Shown here: positions 27,772 to 43,340 of the stretch, piece by piece
Layout: each line of letters opens with the position of its first letter
How positions within the stretch are numbered: position 1 is the stretch's first letter
From: Eledone cirrhosa
Lineage: Eukaryota
Direction of reading: 5' to 3'
NCBI GenBank assembly: GCA_964016885.1
Contig: OZ024740.1
Coordinates: 311,240,001-311,304,000 of the forward strand
DNA: 64,000 nucleotides
The notes under the pieces: model-generated
Seen by the model: the letters and a program-made list of their open reading frames with translations, nothing else
What the model was told of the DNA's origin: nothing
Database searches by the model: none
Made by a program: the position numbers and the translations under genes

Positions 27772-27792
27772 TGACTCACGTTCTATGCAAAT
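27772..27792 (+). promoter_or_regulatory. AP-1 (TGACTCA) plus octamer (ATGCAAAT) motif pair; repeated at 28241-28261
   Basis: Exact consensus motifs ~90-110 nt upstream of the HHR core; function is inferred only. Confidence 0.45.
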
Positions 27793-27877
27793 TAGTCTAC
27801 CCACTACTAATTTTCATAGAAAAAGCATATAACGATATGTGCTTTTACAATTCTCCAGAGAAGCCGGAAGATGGGTA

Positions 27878-27922
27878 AATATTGCTGATGAGATGTAATA
27901 ACATCGAAACTAGTCCAATATT
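27878..27922 (+). ncRNA. type I hammerhead ribozyme, canonical core
   Basis: aatattg-CTGATGA-gatgt-aata-acatc-GAAAC-ta-GTC-caatatt; outer stem ttctccagag/ctctggagaa. Confidence 0.92.
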
Positions 27923-28346
27923 CCTGTCTGGCCCTCTGGAGAATAGAGGAAATGTGTTTCCTTGAAAACCCGTATGACTCTAAAACCCGGTCCGTCTGTG
28001 TGGTTACATACAGACTAGCTGACACTCACTGTAAAGTGTCTAGTGAAAAGCTGAGTACATGTACATATGTATACATGTGTGTATTTATATGCATACTAAT
28101 ACTTCCGTATACATATGTAAATGTACACTTTAACTTAATTGTTTAAGCGTCAGTCATACAAAAGTGAGTTAGAAGCGAAACGAAATTTAATTTCGTTTCG
28201 TTATTTGTTTTTATCGTTTCCGCTGAACCGGTGCGTACAATGACTCACGTTCTATGCAAATTAGTCTACCCACTACTAATTTTCATAGAAAAAGCATATA
28301 ACGATATGTGCTTTTACAATTCTCCAGAGAAGCCGGAAGATGGGTA

Positions 28347-28391
28347 AATATTGCTGATGAGATGTAATAACATCGAAGCTAGTCCAATATT
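28347..28391 (+). ncRNA. hammerhead ribozyme, second copy with GAAA>GAAG change
   Basis: Identical to 27878-27922 except catcgaagctagtc. Confidence 0.8.
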
Positions 28392-28787
28392 CCTGTCTGG
28401 CCCTCTGGAGAATAGAGGAAATGTGTTTCCTTGAAAACCCGTATGACTCTAAAACCCGGTCCGTCTGTGTGGTTACATACAGACTAGCTGACACTCACTG
28501 TAAAGTGTCTAGTGAAAAGCTGAGTACATGTACATATGTATACATGTATACATGTGTGTATTTATATGCATACTAATACTTCCGTATACATATGTAAATG
28601 TACACTTTAACTTAATTGTATATATATATATATATATACATAAAAGAAGAAACAAGAGCAACAACAAAAAACAAAACAAAGATTACTAGGTAACTTATTT
28701 TTTCTTTGCTTCATCTTACACTCCATGTATATATATATTTATATATATATATGTGTGTGTATGTGTATATATATGTATATATATATA

Positions 28788-28834
<47 letters not shown>

Positions 28835-28871
28835 GTATATATATACATATATGTACATACATATATATATG

Positions 28872-28938
<67 letters not shown>

Positions 28939-30519
28939 AACGTGTAGATATTGTCTATCGGGAATAATGCTTATAATCTCTTTCGACTACTTTCGGTTTC
29001 ATGCAACAGCAAGCAAACCTATTTGCGCGAAGACTTAACTCAATATCAATACGTTGAACAAGCACGAATTTTATCGAATTCCTAAAAAATTTCCAAAAAA
29101 ATCTTTCACTGAAATTCGATTTTCAATTCTAGAGTTTGATATTTTCTTTAAATTTTAATGACTAATTTTGTATTTTATTTGATTTTTATTTGTACAGGTT
29201 TTGTTATTTATTTAATTATAAAAATAATTTTCTCGATTTCCGGCTGGCGTTGTTTTATTGATAATGTCATTAAACTATTTGTTGTTGTTTTACTTTGATG
29301 GTAGTGGTTTAGAAATTTAAGATTTTCGTTTTCTATAGGATTTTCTGCATAAGAATGTTAATTACAATTAGCCTAAGGAAAGCCGGCTTCCGAGTGAAAG
29401 TTCTCACCATAAAGGTTTGAGCCAGAGGCTTTGTGGGCAAATCTACATCCAATCTCATGAAACAACTTTCAGTCTCTGACGAGGACCATAGCTCTAAAGA
29501 TAATATCAGAGGCAGCGGAAAAGAGTTCCAAGTGGATCTGGTCGAGGAAGAACAAAAACGTCCTCCATACCGTTTGGGGGCACCGTGTTTGTATTTTAAC
29601 GCACGCTAAGGGAAGTAACTTTGAGTGTGTCGTAGTTTGTAGTGTTGGCGGCAGCGACGGCTATATTGTTGACGTCTCTCTGCTGCCATGACTACCAAGG
29701 TTTTTTTTTTCCAAACTCAAGAAAGCGTTTAAATATAAGTTTGAAAGTAGAGGCGACGGAGAGGAGTTCCAGCTAGATCCTGTCAACAAAATCACCATAC
29801 GGTTTCAATACACAAGTCTCCGATATCCGAATGTCTAAATGTCAGCAGCAGAAGGGCACTCAGGAGTCATGCATGGATGTGCCCCCCCCCCCCTCCCCGA
29901 GACAGGAAAAAACAGTCAAGTACCGGAGCTTGTCCGGCCACTTACGACCCCGGACTTGCTTCGTCAAATCTGATCGATAGCAGCCCATCTGAAGAAGAAG
30001 CACCACAATGTCCGGTGACTGTTGCAGTGGGTGTCACTGGCCATTGTCTGCGGAAATGCCCTTACCATTTTGTTCGTGCGACGCAGCCGAAACACCGTTC
30101 TGACCTAGGTGTAGAGTATGTACCAACACACCTTCCTCCTTCTTTCTTCCTTTCTTCTAGTAATCCTTGCTCTTCCCCTCCATGTCCACTCGTTTATGGC
30201 ATGTATAGTCCTTTCCAATGCTACTTTCTTTTTCGGTATGTTTAATCAAATAAAAAGAAAGAGCAAGAATTTGTTCTTCCCGCTTCACTTAATGACATAA
30301 TTGGATATTTTATACCCCTCGCAGATATTTCGCCGTTTCTCAAGAGAACGTCTTCACGCGTTACCGTTATGTCTTTCTATTTTTCAAAAGTAATATTTGG
30401 TTATATTGTTTTTAAATATTTGAAATATTTGCATGTACTTCTATGCACTTATACAAGAATTTACAGAAAACAATATAATTATATAATGTAATACATATGA
30501 GAGGCACAAAAGCAATATA

Positions 30520-31202
<683 letters not shown>

Positions 31203-31366
31203 ATCACAGCATCCTAATTTTCTTATCAACTAGAAACTTTTCGGACTTTCGCAGGTATCTCCCTTGCACCTCTCGCACGCTTTTTAGTATTGCCTGTGTG
31301 AAGTGACGGTTTTTGCGCATGCGCATTCGTACGGTTGTCCTTCCTGTTCCGTATAACCATGTATAA

Positions 31367-31416
31367 CCATAACGAGCTGAGGATCTGCTAAGGTGAAACA
31401 ATTGTTCTCGGTATGG
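31367..31416 (+). ncRNA. minimal hammerhead ribozyme in the PLE 3' pLTR
   Basis: ccataacgag-CTGAGGA-tctgctaaggt-GAAAC-aatt-GTT-ctcggtatgg. Confidence 0.8.
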
Positions 31417-31422
31417 TGAACT

Positions 31423-31486
31423 AAAATACAGAAAATATACAGACCGTCTCAAGTTATTGAGACGGTCTGTATATTTTCTGTATTTT
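31423..31486. repeat. perfect 30-bp hairpin with a 4-nt loop
   Basis: aaaatacagaaaatatacagaccgtctcaa-gtta-ttgagacggtctgtatattttctgtatttt. Confidence 0.95.
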
Positions 31487-31569
31487 CCGTTTGCTTCTGG
31501 TTAAATTTGTCAAACCAACGTAGCATTTCAACCCTGGTAATTTTAGACACACGATTTACTGTGTTTATT

Positions 31570-31663
<94 letters not shown>

Positions 31664-33683
31664 CAACACATTAACATTATTGACTACTAGAGGGAAGAAA
31701 AGAAACTCGGCTTTGGCTGAATTAAACTCATGATGGAAAGATGTAGAACTAATTGTATATATATATATCTGTCCTATATCTTTCCGTTTTCTACCAAGGG
31801 AGAGAAAGGAGGAGAAAAAGAGAAAGAGAAAGTAGAAAATTGGTTAAGAGCTCGGTTAGCAATGTATGGAAAGATTCATAGTGGAAGTGTGAAGAGCAGG
31901 TGAAGGACAAAGGATTATGACAAAGGATTATGAAACAGACAAAGGAAATCAAATTCGCTCCTACGGCAGATAGAACGATGAGAAATAGTAAAAAGTGAGC
32001 TTTTTTATTATATATATGTGTGAATGATTTGTGCGGGTGTGTGAGAAAAAGAAGAGGAAGTGAACGAGACTCATGCCGCGGTTAAATTCTTTATACGTAC
32101 ATGAATTTATAAAACATTTTAAGGATTTCTTAATTAAAATAGGTCGCTATCCAGACCACAGGCATACTCAGACCCCGTACTGCACTCCCCGACAAGACCG
32201 GAGCATCTGCAGCCCGTCAAAGAAAGGAGTCCCGCGAGGTGGGGTGGCTGTTGCAGTGGGTGTTGCTGGCCATTGTCCGCGGAAATGCTTTTGCCGTCTT
32301 GTCCGCGAGGCGCAACTCCAACACCGCCGCACCCTAGGCTTTGAATTCATCACCCCTCCCCTTCCCCTTCCCATTCTTCTGTGGCCTTAGAGCCTTTCCC
32401 TTTCTTTTTCGTTTTTTTAAATATTTGTAGTGTTTTTCTAATTATTTTATAGTCATTTATCCATATAGTCCCACATAAATAAAGGATTAAAGAGAAGTAT
32501 AAAAAGATATATGTGTGTGTGTATATATGTATATGTGTGTGTGTCTATGCATGTGTGTGTGTGCGTGTATTGAAGACATGAGTGCATTCGAGTGAAAACA
32601 TTTTATTAATTATTTCTGGTGGATTATAGAGAATCACACTATAATCCAGAACACGAAACAAATCTAGATAAAGAAAAAAATAGCTGATAACATTGCTAGC
32701 CTATAGAGAATTTCCCCAAAACAAATTAGAAAACTAGTCATGGAATTTCTATCAAAACAACACATAGATACAGTTCGGGCGTTAAACATTAAACCATTTT
32801 AAATCCGATGATAATGATCTTATCATTTGAAACTTCATCTCCTTGATCGCTTCTACAAAACGCGGCATCTACGCTCCAAAACTTAACAAGAAAAATAAGA
32901 GACAAGGCAAAGACAAGTCTTGCTCTAGGCCCAAAGCCCAATCATACTCCCCGTCCACCCCTCCCCTCTCTTTTGCGACACCAGAGCTCTTGCCATCCCT
33001 TCCCCTTCCCGATCTATTTATTCTTTCTTTTTCTCCCCTTTTTTATTTCTATAGTTCCTTATTCTTTCTTTCCTTTTGTTTCCCCTTTTGTATTATTTCT
33101 ATATTGAAAATAAACATATAAATTGACTTTCACTATTATACTGATACTCTGGAAATAGAAATAGAAGGGTTGTCTTTGACATTTAGAGCTTGAGTTCTAC
33201 TTTGAAGAGATTTGATGAGAGAAAAGAATAGCGAAATATTAGATATGAGGTGAAAAAGCAGGTGTTTAGGCATAGATTACTGGGTCTGTTCTCTTGTATT
33301 TCACACACTATTGGATTTTACACTTTTTATATTCAATCATCTTACGAGATCTCTTTAGGAACTGATCACTCGTCTATAATTATCCATAGCAATATTGTTT
33401 ATATAACCACCTTTGGTAAGGTTCTCGTTATGTCAGAGATTGCAATTTGCACAATAACTCATTGAAGAAAGATAGTTTGAATAATAAATTATTGACACAG
33501 TAAATAGTTGTTATTGATTTTTTTTATGCTATAATATATTTTAAAGTATGTAAATTATACTGAATTAAACACACGAGACAATTGTAGATTACTGCATTTT
33601 ATAGATTACTAACGTGTTCTTACCGGTAATGCGTTATTTATGCAAATTACAAGCTCAGGTTTAGGGAAACCCTTAATTCTGAT

Positions 33684-33740
<57 letters not shown>

Positions 33741-34671
33741 GACAGTAAAAGATGTGTGCTCCGTTTCTATTGAGACCCCCAAAAGAATTGAGGCTTGTCT
33801 AACTTATCTTGCTTTTTCTTTCCACAAAGTGAATGTATTACAATTGTGCATCATATAGTAGGTATTTGAATACTTTTCGAAAAAGAAATAAGAGGGGGAG
33901 AACAATAGACTGATGCTACCACTTAAAGACAGCATCGGGGGAGAAAGAAACAAGAAAGAAAAGGATGTATGAAAGAAAGTAAAATAAATGTTTACCGCTA
34001 CGATTACGCAGCCAGAGAGAAAAATATGAAAAGCACTGACACTGAAAAATTAATTTTTATAGTTGAATACTTTAAACGGGATGCTCGAAGATAACGCTCA
34101 GTGACAGTGAATTCCTGTTGAGAACATATTTAGTTATTTTCATATAACGAAACCTGCATACAAAGATGATGCCATGACTTGGTGTGAGAATTAATACCAA
34201 ACCTTGTGTTATTGTCCTTGTTTGTCTTCCTAGTTATGAATAAAACATTTCTTTTCCTGAAATAACAGTAAAAGATTCTAGCTGTAAAAACAATTTATAC
34301 CTATTGTGAAAAGTATTGTGTAGCTTTATTATGAAAATTCATTTAATTTAGGGTGGTGGATTGACAGAATCGTCAGAGCATATTGATCCCATCGCTGAAC
34401 GTTCTGACTTCAAATAACGCCTAAATCAACTTAATTACTGGGGTCAATTTAATCTTCCTGAGATTTACGTTAATGATACACGTGTCTGATTATGCTTAGT
34501 CACTTGCACATTAATTTTACGAACAATTGGAACACTCATCGTCGAAACCGACGGAGGTCCATTTAACATTTTCCGTACGTTTGACCAGAGATGTTATTTA
34601 GAACAAAGCCACCCATTAACACAGTTAACATAAGCCGCTCCACAATGTTTGGTCTTGAGTGACATTATCCA

Positions 34672-34998
34672 GCCGAGGTTAACTTTGCCTTTCATCCTTA
34701 CGGGGTCGATAAAATAAAGTACCAGTAATGCACTGGGTAATTTCTGGCCTTGTGCTAATAGTAGAAACAATTATATAATAATGGTTTCAGATTTAGGCAC
34801 AAGGCCAACAATTTTGGGGGAAGGGAAAATCGATTAAATCGACCCCAGTTAGTTACTGATACATTATTTTATCGACCCCCGTAAGGATGAAAAGCAAAGC
34901 TAACTTCGGGGAGATTTGAACACAGAACGTAAAGGGCCGTAATTCTATGCCGAAAAGCATGTTGTTTGACTCTCCGCCGATACTACCAATCCAATCGC
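34672..34998. mobile_element. two SINE family 1 copies, tail to tail (+ 34672-34773, - 34776-34998)
   Basis: Consensus core on both strands. Confidence 0.85.
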
Positions 34999-35289
34999 TG
35001 ATGTACATCAACGAAAATTAGAGGCGTGAAAATAAAGTCTGTATTTGTGTGTGACATACACGCACATATATTACATAAGACACACTGAAGAATATATCTT
35101 ACAAGAAAATATTATTGTCACTTCGCCTATCAAATTTCACTCATAAAGCATGGGTCGACACAAGCTTATGGTAAATACTACATGCCTAAGATGACTCCTG
35201 TCTAACATGCAAAGCAAACTTTCGGCCATGATACGTATATGAAATAAATATATTATTAGTAAATATAATAATATATTATTAGTAAATAT

Positions 35290-35485
35290 GAGGCGATAGA
35301 TTGGCAGTATCGGTAGAGGCTTGGACGCCATGCTTTGCAGCATAGAGTTACGGCCCTTTACAGTATGGGTTCAAATCCCACCGAGGTTAACTTTGCCTTT
35401 CATCCTTACCAGTTCGATAAAATAAAGCACCAGTAATGCACTGGGATAATTACTGGCCTTGTGGAAAATGTAGAAACAATTATTA
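35290..35485 (+). mobile_element. SINE family 1, full length, TSD attattagtaaatat
   Basis: Consensus plus flanking direct repeat. Confidence 0.9.
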
Positions 35486-35699
35486 GTAAATATAGCAGTA
35501 ATTGTTCTTATGATATTGTTGTTGTTCTTTTTAATGGTGTTTGTTATCACAGTTGAAGTTTAAATTATAGTAATGTCAGAAGTTAATCAATAGAATGACT
35601 GAGAAAATATAAAGGTTATGTTGAAAAACATTTACTGATTAAGCAATTTAAAATAATGGGTTTCTTTATTAGCTACACAGGTTTCACTATGCAACTTAA

Positions 35700-36088
35700 A
35701 ATAATTGTTTCTACTTTTGGCACAAGGCCAGCAAATACACAGTACATTACTGGTACTTTATTTTATCGACCCCGTAAGGATGAAAGGCAAAGTTAACCTT
35801 GGAGGGACGTAACTCTAAGCATGGCGTCCGACTCTCTACCGATACCGCCAATCCACCGCCCTATGCAACTTAAAATAATGGTTTCTTATATAGACACAAG
35901 GCCAGCAATTTGGGGGGGAGTTGATTAAATCAACACCAGTGTATGACTGGTACTTTATTTTATCGACCCCGTAAGGATGAAAGGCAAAGTTAACCTCGGC
36001 GGGATTAGAACTCAGATGATAAAGGGCGGTAACTCTATGCTGCAAAGCATAGCATCCTACCCTCTACCGATACTGCCAAACCAACGCC
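35700..36088 (-). mobile_element. two stacked SINE family 1 copies sharing a triplicated target ctatgcaacttaaaataat
   Basis: Target word at ~35688, ~35861 and ~36089. Confidence 0.9.
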
Positions 36089-36313
36089 CTATGCAACTTA
36101 AAATAATAATTTGTAAAGATACCTCAGGATACTTTCTGCTGATCAGTATATGGTGTGGTTCTAATAAGACCAAAATATATCTGGAGTTGACCCCGTACTT
36201 ATCAAATATCAAACTCATTCCTCCCTATATAACTCCATTCAATGTTGCATCAATTTTGATTTGGGAGTTATCTTCATTACCTTTCTTAACAAGATTTATT
36301 ATTAACGTAAAAT

Positions 36314-36502
36314 GGCGGTGGATTGGCAGTATCGGTAGAGGGTCGGACGCCATGCTTTCCAGCATAGTTACGTTCCTTTAAAGTCTGAGTTCAAATCCCA
36401 CCGTGGTTTACTTTGCCTTTCATCCTTACGGGGTCGATAAAATAAAGTACCAGTAATGTACTGGGTAATTGCTGGCCTTGTGCCTAAAGTAGAAACAATT
36501 AT
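36314..36502 (+). mobile_element. SINE family 1, full length, TSD ttattaacgtaaaatg
   Basis: Consensus plus flanking direct repeat. Confidence 0.9.
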
Positions 36503-38454
36503 TAACGTAAAATGACTTTGCTTTTTAATATATGTGCAATTTCAAAGAAGAAGAAGAAGAAGATCGTGTAAGATATTCGATGTTCTGTAGGCTACTAAAT
36601 TAAAGTTTCACAGTTTAAACACTTGAGATGTTGATCTACAGTTCATGATACGAGCATTAAAATTTCCGAAGTTTTTAACCCTTTTTACCTTATGGAAATA
36701 ACCAAGAAAATACTTAACATGATTATCAAATGTTCCATCAATCTTTTTGTAAAGAAACAAAAATAGAGAATGCTATTAGTTGCAAAAGTATTTCTACAGA
36801 ATAGAGCAGAAAAACATTTCTTATAATGGAAATAGAAATAGTATATGAAGAGATATAAATGCACACGAATTGCAATGTAGAAGTCCAACAGTGAAGATAT
36901 TGATAGATAAAAATCAGTTTAGCCTCAAAGATCAAATATGCTACTCTGGCAAAAAATATCAGTCATTCCCAGGGCTAGAAAGAAAATGTTATTCTATTTA
37001 TGATAATCGGTAAATATCTGTAAAAACCATGCAAATGTAAGCATTTGTCCAACGTTTTAACGATTCTACCAGTCCACCATTTTCGTTTTCACTATGTGAA
37101 AACACCTCAAATTTTAAGACAGAAGAGAAAGTTGTCGGGTTCCTATTCTTCCCAAGAATATTAGTAATGGGAATTTGCTTGGTGTTTACTGCTTGCTTCT
37201 TTGCGGTAACCATGTTACTGCTTCCGTGTTAGCTATGGAAGCTTCAGTCCACTTTTCCGTAAATATGTACCATAAAGTGAGGGATTCCCTACTGTTAAGT
37301 AGCACAATGAGAAAAAAATTAACGAAGTTTGCTATCAGTGTTGAGTTCAATGTCTAGAGTCAGAAAAAGCTATCTGCGATTTACTGTCATACTATCGGGG
37401 GAATGTGAAAGTCTCTGATAGCTTATAGCTTAATACTGGAGAGAATGAAATTACACACCGAATCATTGAACACCGAAACTCTCCTGGTTGAAGATATATA
37501 AGCGTTGTTACGTTTGTCTTTCTAAATATTTTTGGTATAAATATTTAGCTTCAAATAGTATCTCGAGATCATAACTCTTTCTCTACGGTGCTTGCCATAG
37601 CCTTTATAAATATTAGTTTTATTTCTATTAAGATCAAAATATTTAGAAGAGAAGAAAACAGGAAATATTAACACACATAATATTTCCCAAAGCATTAATA
37701 GCGTATGAGAAATGGCTATAACGACGGATTGAAACCACGCTGCAGTTCACCCTCGCTGGAGCTTACCTTTTCACGGTGCAACATCATTTGTGAATATTTA
37801 TGGAAAGATTTATTCTATTGTACTATACTTTTTTAATTTCTTTTCACTATTTCTTACTTATCATTGACAGTTTCTATGCTGATTTTACTACAATGGATAT
37901 AAAATCAATATTTTCTGTTACAGTACATAATGCAGTATGAGAATGTATTGAAAAGATTTATCTTCAAAGTAAAAACAAACCCACTTATATTATTTCAATA
38001 TACTTAAAAGTAGTAGTGTAGCAAATGTAAATACCTAAATTGTTGGACTAAATTCCGTACAGATTTTCATTTTTTCACTCAACATTTTGATTCTGTATCC
38101 TTTTGCAGTTACCCACTTTCCATTTCATTTCGCTGACTACATAAAAATATCAACTGTATATTGAATCAATTTTTATCCTTGAAAATCTGTAATTTTTTTG
38201 TAATTTGAGAAATCATTATCAGCAAAATTTTTAATATATTTCAACGATGATTGTGATGTATCCATAATATATAATTTAAACCACGAAAATATAGACCACT
38301 AAAAGTAAAGAGTAGCTAAATTTTAATATTCTAAGAAGATATATGTATATATATGTGTGTGTATGTGCGTGTGTGTGTGTGTATGTCTGTCTGTGTGTCT
38401 GTGTGTGTGTGTGTGTGTATGTGTGTGTGTATGTGTATGTATATATATATATAT

Positions 38455-39038
38455 AAACAAACCGAACATTATAATAAATGTTCGGTAAACCCATACTTAC
38501 ATATATATATGCATGTATGTATGTATATACATACTACCCTACGTCTGTATACATATATGTATGTACGTATACATACTTATATTTAAGTATCAGCGGTACT
38601 AAGAGTGATAAATGAAATTTCATTTTTTCCATTTATCGTTTTCGGTACGCCCGGCCGACTAACTCACTCAATATGCAAATTAGGCTGCTCAGCATAAGGA
38701 AAATATATACTTTCAAACGTTGACAGGAAAGTATACGGTGCTGATGACAGCTAATAAGCTAGAAACTAGTTCATCGTTCCTTTGTCAGTGTTGAACAAAA
38801 GGGCAACGATGGTTGCCGAACATGTATGGCTTAATTCGGGCTGTTTGTTTACAAACAAATCGAACATTAAAATAAATGTTCGGTAAACCCATACGTACAT
38901 ATATATATATATGTGCATGTATGTATGTATATACATACTACTGTACGTCTGTATACATATATGTATGTACGTATACATACTTATATTTAAGTATCAGCCG
39001 TACTAAGAGTAAGAAATGAAATTTCATTTTTTCCATTT
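38455..39038 (+). mobile_element. ~1.45 tandem copies of a ~398-bp HHR unit, homologous to the 469-bp unit
   Basis: Direct repeat starts at 38455 and 38853; octamer ATGCAAAT at 38673; (TA)n at both ends. Confidence 0.85.
38735..38777 (+). ncRNA. type I hammerhead ribozyme
   Basis: acggtg-CTGATGA-c-agct-aata-agct-a-GAAAC-ta-GTT-catcgt; outer stem acgttgacagg/tttgtcagtgt. Confidence 0.85.
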
Positions 39039-39055
39039 ATATATATATATATATA

Positions 39056-39495
39056 CTAGCTGGCCCGTCCGGCTGGCGCTCGGTTACCATTGGTGTGTTC
39101 TGCGGCATCCATATATATATATAGCTGACATACCTAGCTTCGCTTGGATAAACAGACGATAAGCCGTCTAGTAGAGTATTACTATGTAGTATATATGTGT
39201 AGTATAGTATTACTGTTGAAAATATATAGTATAGTATTACTGTTGAAAATATATAGTATAGTATTACTGTTGAAAATATATAGTATAGTATTACTGTTGA
39301 AAATATATAGTATAGTATTACTGTTGAAAATATATAGTACAGTATTACTGTTGAAGATATATAGTATAGTATAGTATTAATGTTGAAAATATATAGTACA
39401 GTATTACTGTTGAAGATATATAGTATAGTATTACCGTTGAAAATATATAGTATAGTACAGTATTACTGTTGAAAATCTATAGTACAGTACAGTAT
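39056..39495 (-). mobile_element. non-autonomous Helitron-like ends plus a 27-bp minisatellite (tatagtatagtattactgttgaaaata)n at ~39200-39490
   Basis: rc ccgagcgccagccggacgggccagCTAGt resembles a Helitron 3' hairpin + CTAG; tandem units read directly. Confidence 0.65.
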
Positions 39496-39871
39496 ATATA
39501 TATATACATATATATTCCTAATGTTCCTGGTTGGTTGCTTTCATCTTAAATATAGGGAGATGATTCCCCATTTCTCATCCTTGGACAATGAATGCATTTA
39601 CCATGCATTTTGCGAAAGTAAGAAACTTTTTTCTACAGCGATACATATGATTCTAGTGGTTGGTTCCAGATTTTCATTAGACAAGTACGTCTGCTATCAA
39701 GGCCTTTCCGGTTGTAACCTCATCAGCCTTTTAAAGGATTATATAACTACATTATGTTATGTGTCTTTACTCTTAAAAAGAGTAAAGAGACATTAGATTT
39801 CTATATAAGATTAACCGTTTTGATACTCAGTTCAAGCCAATTCACACTTTCCACATGTCCTTAAATTCCTT

Positions 39872-41336
<1,465 letters not shown>

Positions 41337-41389
41337 ATATATATATACAATATATTAATAAATGGAAACTATATTTATAAAACCATAAT

Positions 41390-41454
41390 TATTTATTATA
41401 TATATTTCAAGGGCAACCAAGGCAAATTATGGTGCGCTTTCATCAGATAAAATA
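41390..41454 (-). ncRNA. hammerhead ribozyme (AUA-cleaving family)
   Basis: rc: tattttat-CTGATGA-aagc-gcacca...tggttgc-cctt-GAAA-t-atat-ATA-ataaata. Confidence 0.82.
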
Positions 41455-41642
41455 CAAATTTGTTTTATAAATAAATATTGACATACCCGCATAAAGACAA
41501 TCTTAGCGGTTTAACAAGGTTCATTGATTAATCAATGAATAAAGTTTTACAATATATTAGAAGCACTCAACAAAGGGGTTTTCTAGAGTTATTAATATTA
41601 CTTCAAAATATTAATAAATACAGACATTCATGTGATCAAATA

Positions 41643-41708
41643 TATTTTATTATACATATTTCAGAGGTACTCAGCTATTTCATGAGTACGTCCTCATCAG
41701 ATAAAATA
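41643..41708 (-). ncRNA. hammerhead ribozyme (AUA-cleaving family)
   Basis: rc: tattttat-CTGATGA-ggac-gtactca...tgagtac-ctct-GAAA-t-atgt-ATA-ataaaata. Confidence 0.87.
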
Positions 41709-41934
41709 AATTGATGTCTGACATACCTCAACTGTGCTGATGGTTCAATTCCAGTCTTGGCAGTGATTAGTTATGACAAAACGCAATATTTATATACCAT
41801 AAGTTGTAACATGAAAAACTACATATAATAGAGAGGGTACGTAGGAAATGGTGTATAAAAAATATATAATAATAAATATAATAAGTATATATAAAGGCAA
41901 GTAAGAAATATAAACATATAACTACATAACTGTT

Positions 41935-42368
41935 AAAAATTTAAATAATAAAATATGTATACCTCCGTATTGTAGAAGGAGCAAATAAAATTATTGACTA
42001 TATTTAATAAATTATATATACTCTTGATTACCCTTGGCATTATGTTAAATTTATCCTTTTCACTATATATTTGTTTTAATTTTGATATAATACAATAATA
42101 TAGGTTCTTTCAAATATTATAATCTAAAAATTTCAAGTTATTTAATTAATAGATTAGTTCTAATTAACTTAATATTTGAAAAAAAAACGCATCATATACC
42201 TTGATTCTCCTTCTTATGTAATTGTACGTTACCACACATAACTGCTTTCCTTTGTTTTTAGTATCATCTCTCTTTCCTTTTCTTTCTCTCCTCTAGTTAG
42301 CTCTCTCGCTCTCTCATTTTCTCCTTCTATAATACGGAGGTATACATATTTTATTATTTAAATTTTTA
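41935..42368. repeat. ~46-bp inverted repeat (41935-41980 / 42322-42368), with an adjacent hairpin at 42368-42430
   Basis: aaaatatgtatacctccgtatt / aatacggaggtatacatatttt. Confidence 0.75.
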
Positions 42369-43340
42369 TAAGATATAAAAGCGTCTGAGAGACGAAGATC
42401 TTCTTCTCTCAAACGCTTTTATATCTTTTATAAATATACCCATCTTTCTACGTTATTTCAGTATATTATACAATTTACTCATTCTATGTCGTTAGCGGTC
42501 CCCTATTTTTCTTCTTTTTTATCCTTTTTTCTTTTTTAATTTCTAATCTTTAATCTGCAACTTTTACTTCTCAATTACTTCTTAATTCATATTATAACTC
42601 ACTATAGCATTTTCCTTATATTCTTGGCCATTCAAATTTTATTTTTATTATATACTAATATTACCATTAATAAATTTTGTAAACATATATATATATTTTT
42701 GACGTTATATATTTTTTCTTCCTTGAATTTTCTTCTTTCTTCTCTCTTTCCGTACTCGTATTAAACCTATTATTTACTTTTTCCTATTATAAACTTGGAC
42801 CCTAACTAATTCCTCTAAGTTCATAATTCATTTAACCTTTTCTTCATTCACCTTATCTCCTTAATATTTTTTATTTTAATAATACATTTTAATAAATTCC
42901 TTTTCGCACATATTATTAAACCCTTAAATAAATAGTATTCTTAATTCCTTTTTCTTTAATCATAAACATCACCATTCATAAACCTCATTAACTTTTAATT
43001 TCAAATTTTTTTTTAAATTATGTATTATCTTACAACGGTTTTTTTTTATTTCTCTCTGTGAGACAGTGTTTCTCAGTATTAAAGGTTATCTCTCTCTCTC
43101 TCTCTCACTCATTTCTCCTCCTCTCTCGTCCTTCCTTCTTATACTCCTCCTCCGTCATCCTTTCCTTATTATTATATATATTTTTTTATTATTATTTTCT
43201 TTCTTCCTCTTCCTTACCTTTTCCTTCCCCCTTCCTTCTTTTTTTCCCAATCTCATATATCCATCTTATTTTATTTTTCATATGTTAATTTAACACTTCA
43301 CTGCTCGCAAATGTTTTTTAAGCTTCATATCATGTCTCCC

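Larger units (their letters stand above)
27722..28619 (+). mobile_element. near-identical tandem dimer of a 469-bp HHR unit (retrozyme-like)
   Basis: Units start at ~27722 and ~28191; duplicated ORF-track entries are 469 bp apart; ends in (TA)n. Confidence 0.9.

Noticed and set aside
27807-28494. Duplicated 72-aa minus-strand ORF
   Set aside because: Antisense to the HHR unit, no recognisable domain; its identity just reflects the tandem duplication.
36314-36400. tRNA gene from A/B-box-like motifs
   Set aside because: No cloverleaf; it is the head of a multi-copy SINE with TSDs.
39200-39490. 27-bp repeats (and 16-bp repeats at 20024) as CRISPR-like arrays
   Set aside because: Head-to-tail tandem units without unique spacers; eukaryotic context; no cas genes.
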